Shown in pieces: positions 55,700 to 64,000 of a DNA stretch of 64,000 nucleotides. Position numbers and translations under genes: made by a program. The notes under the pieces were generated by a model. It searched no databases. It saw only the letters and a list, made by a program, of their open reading frames with translations, and was not told the DNA's origin. The DNA is from Camelus ferus (lineage: Eukaryota). Within the stretch, counting starts at the first letter, position 1, and every line of letters starts with the position of its first letter. The stretch is from NCBI RefSeq assembly GCF_009834535.1, contig NC_045697.1, positions 90,584,001 through 90,648,000 on the forward strand, given 5' to 3'.

Positions 55700-57580
55700 T
55701 AAAAATCCCACAAAAAAAGCAGCCTTACTGAAGATGAATTTACAGTGAAAACATGATGAATCGTTATGAGGAAACAAGCACTGTATGGCCGGGTTGGTAG
55801 ATAAAACAGTCAGAATTAAAGAAATAAAGAATGTGATAAAATACTCTAAAACAGACTATAAAATTAGAATGTTTAAAGTGATTAGTAGATTTTTTAAAGG
55901 AAGCAAAATAATACAAATAGTACAGTATGAAAGAATAACAGACAAGTCTGAAACAAAATCTAAAAATTTTAAGAGTGCTTGAAATTAAAATATGACAAAA
56001 AAAGGCTGAGTCATACAGGTTAGAATAAAGAGACCCTACACATTCTAATAGAGATCCAGAAGAAACTGAAAAAAAGGGGTGAGAGGCAATAATTAAAGGA
56101 CAATGTCTGAGACTTTGCCAGAATCTAAAAAATCCATCTCCAGGTTATAAAAAGTTCAGAATAATTTTTTAAAAATCCACATTAGACATAATGAAACTAC
56201 AGAATTTCAAAGGAGAAAAACAGAACTCATGACTTAACAAAGGAACAATATTTAGACTCATCAATAATAATAGATGCCAAAAGATAAGGGACAGTTACTG
56301 TCCATCAAGAATTCTTTCAACTAAATTATTATTCAAAAGTTAAGATAAAGAAAGATTTTCAGACCAAAAAAATAACAGTTCACCATTCAGAGACCTTTAC
56401 TGAAAGAATTACTGAAATAAAACTGAACCCAGAAGGAAGAAGGGAGGCAAGAAGCAATGAAACAAGTTGGTAAACATATTGGTACACCTAAGTAAAAACT
56501 GTCTCTAAAAGTTTTGGTGGGAGAAGTAACTTGGTGAATTTGGGAATAGTTTAACCTCTTTCTCATTTTTTTTTGGAAGCCTACACACACTGTGATCTTT
56601 CTCCTTGAATTTTTTCAGGGGCCGGCCCTAATGTGGAACTGGGTGTATTACTGTAACTAGGTAGGTAAGTCTGATAATTCTGGTGTGCAATAATTACAAG
56701 CCCATGAACACATTTATCTAATACCAGTATAATCAGTAAAGCTTTTTTTAATCTCCATTGCCTACTCTTCTATCCCAAATGTTTGAAAATTTAGGTAGAA
56801 GATTCAGCTAAAATGGTAACTAGAAGGAAATTTATGGCTGCAAATAGATGTATTAGAAAATAAGAAAGACTGAAAATTATTGAGCTAGGTGTTAAACTCA
56901 GTAGATTAGAGAAAGAACAAAGTAAACGTAAAAGTATAAAAGGAAATAATAGAGCAGATGAACTAGAAAACAAAGACATAATAAGGCAAGAAAGCCAAAA
57001 GCAGTTTAAGAAGCCACTAGTGATAGGATCCAAGAAGAGATTCAAATAATATTAAGAATGAGAAAGTTAAATAATCACAAGCTAAGTCCAGTGTATCTAA
57101 AAACCATCATGGATGGCATATCAGGTTTATCCCAGGAATACAGGGATATTAGAAAAATCTTATCAATTTATTCACCACATTAACAGATTTAGGGAGAAAA
57201 AAAGATCATTTCAATAGATGAATAGCATTTGTTACATTTCAGTATCCACTTAGAAAAACTTCGCAAGAAAAAAGGATAATTTTCGCTTTTTTTTACATCA
57301 TAAACACAAAAGTATTTACTGTTAAGCATTCGACAAGGATGATCACCACTACAGCTTATATTCAACTTATATTCAACCTTTTACTGGAGATTAGGCAGCA
57401 TAATTAAGAAAAAATAATTAGGATTAAAAATGGAGGAAAAAATTAGTTATTTCCCAGGCCATATGGTTCTATACACAGAAGATCCAAGAAACTACAAATA
57501 CTAGAATTTATGAGAATACAGCAGGGTTGCTAGATACATTGATCAATATACAAAAACCAACATAGTTCATATATTCTAGC
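55700..57580 (+). mobile_element. Highly decayed L1 fragments; boundaries approximate
   Basis: A-rich strand with L1M-like motifs (ggtttatcccaggaatacaggga; gcagggttgctagatac). Confidence 0.55.
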
Positions 57581-58059
57581 AAGTGGCAGACCTACCATGT
57601 ATTGGCTTTTTTGGTGCTAGGCACTGTGGCTTTGCTTACATTATTTAATAATAAAAACAACCCAGTAGGTATGTTTGTTTTCTTCAACAGATTTTGAACC
57701 TGGCACTTGGATAATTAAGTGAATTGCCAAAGGTCCTATTGCTAGTAAATTACTGGAGCCTGGGACTACAACCCAAACCTGTGTGACCGCAAGCCTGTCA
57801 CGCTTTTAGCCAGTAGGTACTCTCACTTCCTCCCAGTAATTGTAAAGAATGGGGTGATAATCCCTTGCTCCTGACCCCAACTGTTTCTTTTTACTGATAT
57901 TTTAAGTGTTTTTTAATAGGAAACTTACTCTCACACACTCAAGTTGTACAGACAGTATGGGGAAATAAATGATTCTAGGAGAACTCCAGGATATTTTGGA
58001 ATAAATCTAGAAGGTGGTGGACCTAAAAGGATGATGGCTGAAGAGGGAACTGAGGAGAC

Positions 58060-58260
58060 AGGGTCGAAGCGGCAAGCCTCCCTGTAGCACCAGTCCCGGG
58101 TTTCTGTTGGGAGCTGCGCTACCCAACCCCTGCGGGGGCTCGTGCACTGCCTGCTGGGAGGCACTGCGACCACTCCTGCCAGGCGGAGAGGAGAGAGGAT
58201 GGCGTCGAGTGGAGTTACCGCTTTTCCCGTGTGCTTGTGAGATGGAAGAGAGATGCGAAG
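58060..58260 (+). promoter_or_regulatory. Small CpG-enriched patch, candidate upstream promoter/5'UTR of the 58330 exon
   Basis: Local rise in GC and CpG directly upstream of ATG 58330, separate from the main HSPA4L island and following CpG-poor repeat DNA. Confidence 0.4.
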
Positions 58261-58329
58261 CTTTAATGTAGAAAGACCAGGGCCAAAACATTACTGTACA
58301 GTACAATTTACTAAGTACTGCCCTTGAAG

Positions 58330-58754
58330 ATGGATTTCATGTACCTCGTAGCAACAGCAGCAGGAGCTATAGCCACCCTTGCTGCTGCTGCTGTTGCAGC
58401 ATTGATAGTGGTAAAAAGTCTAAGCTCTTATAAGAAGTGGACAAATAAGGATAGTGAGCGTACTAAAAAACCTCGTAAAAAAGTCTCTTTCATGATAACA
58501 AATAGGAAACAGGAAACGCACAAGAAACTGGGCGAGAAGAAACAGAAAACCCACGAAGAAGTGAACAACAGGGTACGAGAAACTCACAAAGTAGTGAACG
58601 ACAGGGAAGAGGAAACCCACGAAAAAGTGAACAAGAAACAGAAAATCTACGAAGAAGTCAACGACAAGGAACAGGAAACCCACGAAGAAGTGAACGAAAG
58701 GGAACAGGAAACCCACGAAGAAGAGAACGAGAAGGAACAGGATAGCCAAACTTC
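58330..58754 (+). CDS. Putative alternative first coding exon of HSPA4L, or a 142-aa stand-alone ORF to TAA 58758: hydrophobic anchor + basic/RVxF segment + 11-aa repeats
   Basis: Strong Kozak (aagATGG); uncharged residues 3-28; RKKVSF; frame-preserving 33-bp repeats; ends at TC|GTAAGT (phase 2), in frame with the acceptor at 59961. Confidence 0.55.
58504..58743 (+). repeat. 33-bp tandem repeat, about 7.3 copies (consensus close to AAGGAACAGGAAACCCACGAAGAAGTGAACGAC)
   Basis: Units start at 58504, 58537, 58570, 58603 (30 bp), 58633, 58666, 58699, 58732 (partial). Confidence 0.92.
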
Positions 58755-59655
58755 GTAAGTGTAAACTAAAACTCGTTTAAATTTCAGACAGACGACAGAT
58801 GCTGATCAAATGAAGAAAGCAGACAGCTGGACCAGCGGAGGCTCCTTGTCTGCGGACCAAAGGGTAGAGGCTGGAGGCAATGCACAGGCTTGCCGGGTGT
58901 CACAGGGACACACAGACGTAAGGTTACTTTCCTATAAAACGTTTGCAGAGGTAAGGGTTGGTGGAGGAGGCTGCACCTTTTAGAATGGTGTGAACGAAGT
59001 TACATGAAGGTAAAGTCAGTGTGTGGTTTCATGACGTTGTTTTGCTGTTTCAAGTCCCGGTAAGGAAAAGGGAAAACCCTAAAATGTGTTCACTGATCTT
59101 TCACGCCTGATACTGTGGCTTGTTACGAGAAAAGGGCTCTCCCCACCCCCCAATCGGCGGCGCCCCCTGGGGCAAGGCGAGGCCGCCGCCCGCCGCACAA
59201 TGGGCGCCACCTCACACAGCTGGGCGCGGCGGGCGGGCGGCAGGGCCGCGCGGCCGAACTGCGAGCGCGCCGGCCGGTGGCACATGGGCCCCTCGGGGCG
59301 GCGAGGCCAGCGGGTGGGTGTTGGGGCTGCGGGCGGGCACCTCGAAGGGCAAGAGCGAGGCGGCCGCTCCGGGCCAACGCCCGCCAGCCTGCGCGGCCAA
59401 CTCCGGCAGCCTGGGCAGTGTCCTGCCGCTGTAGAAGGCCTGCCCCTCGGTTGCCAAAACAACCCTAAGGGCTCCTTCCAAACACGTGGGCAAACCGCGG
59501 GGCCGGGCGGCTGCTCTCCCCTAGCCCCGCCGCACTGCGCCCAGGTGCCGCGCGGGGGCGAGCGAGCCAGCTCCGCTTCCCCTCCTTCTCTCCTCCCTGA
59601 TCCTCCCCGCTCCCCCTCTTCTCCCTCCCACTCCCGCTGGCTTAGCTGCCTCCAC

Positions 59656-59675
59656 TTTCCAGATCTTTCTCGAAC
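59656..59675. promoter_or_regulatory. HSPA4L: Heat shock element (HSF binding site)
   Basis: tTTCc aGATc tTTCt cGAAc: four alternating nGAAn pentamers with one mismatch, in an HSP110-family promoter. Confidence 0.75.
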
Positions 59676-59919
59676 CCGCAGCTGCTCGGACAGCCGTTGC
59701 CCGAGTGCTGACGGAAGCAGCCGAAGTCGAGGCCGGGAGCAGCGTCGGCCTCGGAGCAGCATCTCGCGCGCCTCCCCGGCGGCCGAGCGCGCAGGCGCAG
59801 ACCCCTGTAACTGCCGGTTGGAGGCGGCCGAACCGCAGTAGAGAGAGACCTGGGCGGCAGGGCTGCGGCGCTGGCGGCCTCCACCTCCGAGGTTCCCTGT
59901 CGCGCTGTCCTATATTTAA

Positions 59920-60156
<237 letters not shown>

Positions 60157-63100
60157 TAAGTGCCTTGTCTGGTCATAACCCTAAGAAGCGTTTTCTCCCG
60201 ACCCTTAACGTTTGTCCCGCCTGCTGGTTTCTTGTGATGCTCGGAACTCTTGAGATGACAGGTGCAGTCCATCAATTGCAATCTCTAGAGACCGCGGGGT
60301 TGGAGGGCCCAGGTCGGAGGCGGACTTATTCGCGCTGCAAAGCTGCTTTTCCTTCAAGGACAGAGGTCTTAACTCTTAGTTTGCGCATCTCTCCTTTCTG
60401 TACCCGCGCACCCCGTCCTCCTGCCCACCACCACGGCCCTGTCCCCCCGGGCCTGCTTTAGTTTTAGGGAAAGGGGTTGGTGTGGGACCGCCTCGAATTC
60501 CTGAAAATTGGAGAAACATCCCTGGTTACCCCTAGTGGGGCTTGTGTGGGATTATTGGTCGCGAGAGGGCATCCCCGCTAGCTGAGTAAAAAATTCTTTA
60601 TTCATCCCTCCTTTCCCCATCTGTCTGCGTGACGGCTTTCTCTTAGAGAATTAAGAAATGGAAGCTTAGACTACATACATCAGAAGATGAGTTGCAAGTT
60701 AATCTGCCTCAGAAAGCTTTTTTTTTTTAAGAAGGGGTTGAGGTATGCAGGGTTTTACCCCCGTGTCCTTGAGAATTCGAGGTAGTTTGACCGATTTATA
60801 GGGGTGTAGGTTAATGTTGCGTTAATAGGGCGAGCATCAGGAAAGGGAGTCTTTGACCTCACTTATTGGTCATGTATATCCGTTAAAGGAAAGTAATGGA
60901 GCCAGAACCTACCAAAAGCGTATTTCTACAGAATGAATCGTTGGAGAGTCAGAGGAGACTGTCCTGTATAAACATGATTGTGGAGTGAATCTATTATGAA
61001 CACTTGATGAAAGACTTAGAAGGAGTGGCATTATGTCATGGAAACATGTTTCCACATGTTCCATTGTTTCTCTAGTCCGGGAAGTTTGTTAGCAAAGAAT
61101 ATAATTAAGACAGGGATATGAAAAACTAGCTTATTGTCGGCTCCTGTTACCGGTAATTTTATGAGGAAACCAACTGTTAGTGTCTTACTTTCTATGGAAA
61201 TGTTACTAAACATGTTAATTTTATCCTTCTAAATGGTCCAAAAGATAATACTTTAAATGTAGGACTAGTCTTGTCCAAGATCAGTGTTAAGCTAAGCCTT
61301 TAAATGAAATATTACTGTTAAGGAGCGTTGAAGAGTAGCTTATTTGAAGCAGTCTGTGCTTTGGTTTCTTTCAGAGAATATTCTGGGTTTTATATCACCT
61401 TTTTCTAGATGTATGTATTATATTCTACTGAAATTTTGGCTGTTTATATTTCAAATATGAACTGTTTATACTACTGTTGGAAATCTTGTTTCTTTTTACA
61501 TCTTTTTCTGGCTTTTATGCACAGTGTGAAGGTGAAGCAGTAATTGTGAACTGTTTACGACTTCATCTCTACAAAATTTTGTTTTAAGCCACAGCAGATA
61601 TGGGCTTCTGCCAGAAAAGGAGTAGGAAATTCCACTCTCCTCTTTCAGCAGAGTAAAGGTTAATGGGGCCAGTCTTTGGCTTCAGGGACTTAGCCTATGG
61701 AGAAAAAGTGAGAGGTAGGATGGACATTCCCCTAATCATTGAAGCTTTATCCTAAAAGATCAGAAACCAGAATTTAAAACAGATACTGCATTTCCAGGCT
61801 CAGAAATCTTAGTAGTGGGTCGATGACTCTTTCAAGAGCCTGTCCAGACTTAAAAGCAGAGTTCTTTAAAAATTAGGCTGCTCATTTGAGTCTTCTAGAA
61901 ATCTCTTTGTTAATATTCTTAAGCACATTGGCAAATTCTATGTGGCTGAGATTTAATGATTTTTCTGATTTGTGTGTAAGAGAGTCACTACTAACATCTA
62001 GATTTAAAGAGCCAAATCCAAAGTAGAAAGTTCTGAAGGTGGAAGGATGTGATTCCTAGCTTGCATCAGCAACTCAGCCCTCCTTTCTGTGTCTGTGTAG
62101 TGTCATTTGCCTCTTTTATTGTTACTGAGCTAATACTTCACTATAGTCCAGTGTTCTTACACTGTGGGACTTAAATTATTGTGTGAAAATGTAACCCCTC
62201 CTGATCCCTGGATGTTTAATCATTAGATGCCTGTCTTGCAAAAGCCATTATGACTATTATAGGCCTTGTAAGTTTTCTAATATGCTACAGTATTTAATAA
62301 TAAATATAAACTAGTATTTCAGAACTTTTTTCTGTATCCCAGTTGCTGACATCAAGGTAATAAGACACAGGTATTTCTAAAATGTAAATACATTGTAAAA
62401 AAATCCTATTAAAAAAGGGAGGAAATATTTGATTTAGTTGGTGTCAGCATCCAAACTCTTTCACATTTGTTTCATTCTTTAACATACTTGATTATGTATA
62501 CATGGAAGAATCCCATGTATAAACCAAGAAAGCCAGTTTAATGACAAAGATAATTGCTTAAGTTTTGGTCTGCAATTAAGGGACTAAGGGCAAATAATTA
62601 AACCTGTTCTTCAGATTCACTTTCTGTAAATGCTTGTACTAACCTCTCTTATCTCAGGCGTAAGATGAAGAGGGAGAAAAAATTAACATGCATAAATTGA
62701 AGAAAGTTATTTTTCTGAATATATTCTTAACTAAAATTATTACACAAATAGTACATGTTCATTGTAGAAGTACAGGCATGTTAAAAGATGAAAATAAAAA
62801 TTGTAATTTTTCCACCCAGAAATAAAACTTCCAGGTGGTTTTCTTTGTGTGTATTTCAAGAGTAGATTATATGTTATATTTTGTTTGATATCCTCTTTCT
62901 ATATAAAATACATTTCTATACCATTAGTTTTTATGTTTGTATAATCATTTCTGTCATTTAATTCATCCCTTACTGGCTACTCAGGTTGTTTATATTTTCT
63001 TTTTATAAGCAGTGCTGCAATAACTATCTTTGTAACTAAAGTTTTGACCCTTAATTCCTTCAAATAAGTTCCTAGAAGTAGAACTACTGAGTGTGCATAT

Positions 63101-63642
63101 TTTTAAGGCCTTAGATATGTTTGTATTGTTGAAGTATAGGTACAGGGATGGGAATTTCCATCCCAGACTTAATTATATCAGAGCAATTAGTTTCACACGT
63201 GGGAAAAGAAAACTGCAGCCAGGAATCCTCATTCAGTATCAGATTAAAGCATGTGGTCAACTAAAACATGCTGCCTGAATTGATAATGGTGATTTCTGTG
63301 TGCCATGCATTGTGCTTGCACTGTCATACATGTCACACCAATTCTATGAGTTTGGAAATACTAGCTATCTTTTTCTGTAGGAAGCCTTAAGCAAAGTTAG
63401 TATCTTGGCCAAGAACTAGTAAGCAATGAAATGGATTCAGTTTCATGTTTCTTTGACCCCAGAACCCTAATGTCCTTACATTATCTTCTGGCATATGGAC
63501 AGTATATACATACTGGGTTAGTGAGGAATGTAATGATCAAACTTATTTTACAATAAGAAAAATAGGTTTTTTTAATGAAACTATTTCAAGATGTTTTTGT
63601 TAGGTGTATGTATTTGTTATATCAAAAAAATTCTGTAGGATT

Positions 63643-63772
63643 GGGGGGAGGGTATAGCTCAAGTGGTAGAACGCATGCTTAACATGCACAAATACCTCCT
63701 CCAAATATAAAAAATAAATAAATAAACCTAATTACCTCTCCCTCATAAAACAAAGGAAAAATAGCAAAACAG
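63643..63772 (+). mobile_element. tRNA-derived SINE (Vic-1-like), internally deleted, with 13-bp TSD
   Basis: ggggagggtatagctcaagtggtaga...; TSD aattctgtaggat at 63629-63641 and 63773-63785. Confidence 0.85.
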
Positions 63773-64000
63773 AATTCTGTAGGATCATATATAACATTCA
63801 GTTCTCCGATTTTTGTCTTCATTACTTTTTCCCTGTTTCTTTACCAGTGTATTTATAATCTGAAAATATGGCAAAATATTATTTATACACTACATCTCAG
63901 ATATGTGAGACGTCCTCTTCAGTGCACAAAAGTAGAAATCACTTACTTATTGAGGATTGAAAATAAATATTTTTGCACAAAGGAAATGCCAAACCCCAGA

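Noticed and set aside
58504..58743. CRISPR-like periodicity
   Set aside because: Units are contiguous with no unique spacers, and the context is mammalian
58420..58749. Minus-strand 109-aa Phe/Val-rich hydrophobic ORF
   Set aside because: Antisense shadow of the purine-rich 33-bp repeat, with no independent coding signals
58755..58787. 33-nt GTAAGT...TTTCAG micro-intron that would extend the 58330 ORF in frame to 58983
   Set aside because: Well below the usual minimum mammalian spliceosomal intron size; the distal acceptor at 59960 is more plausible
63643..63690. tRNA-like 5' sequence
   Set aside because: No B box or T-arm; has an A-rich tail and TSDs, so it is a SINE and not a tRNA gene

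Overview
Mammalian genomic DNA, probably camelid, judged from a Vic-1-like tRNA-derived SINE. Three + strand genes lie in tandem: the last 10 coding exons and 3'UTR of INTU (1715-25700), the complete 6-exon SLC25A31/ANT4 gene (31375-53856, 323 aa, CpG-island promoter), and the CpG island and first coding exon of HSPA4L (ATG 60049). Introns are filled with L1, L2, MIR, LTR and DNA-transposon relics. Gene and repeat names come from recognising sequences, not from a search. The most interesting item is an ORF at 58330-58754, about 1.7 kb upstream of the HSPA4L start. It has a strong Kozak ATG, a 26-residue hydrophobic anchor, a basic stretch with a PP1-docking RVxF motif (RKKVSF) and about 7 copies of an 11-aa charged repeat. 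It ends at a phase-2 GTAAGT donor. That donor can splice in frame to a good acceptor at 59960/59961, followed by 29 stop-free codons running into the canonical HSPA4L ATG. This predicts a membrane-anchored, PP1-binding HSPA4L isoform with a 171-aa N-terminal extension. It is an inference from sequence only and needs transcript evidence.
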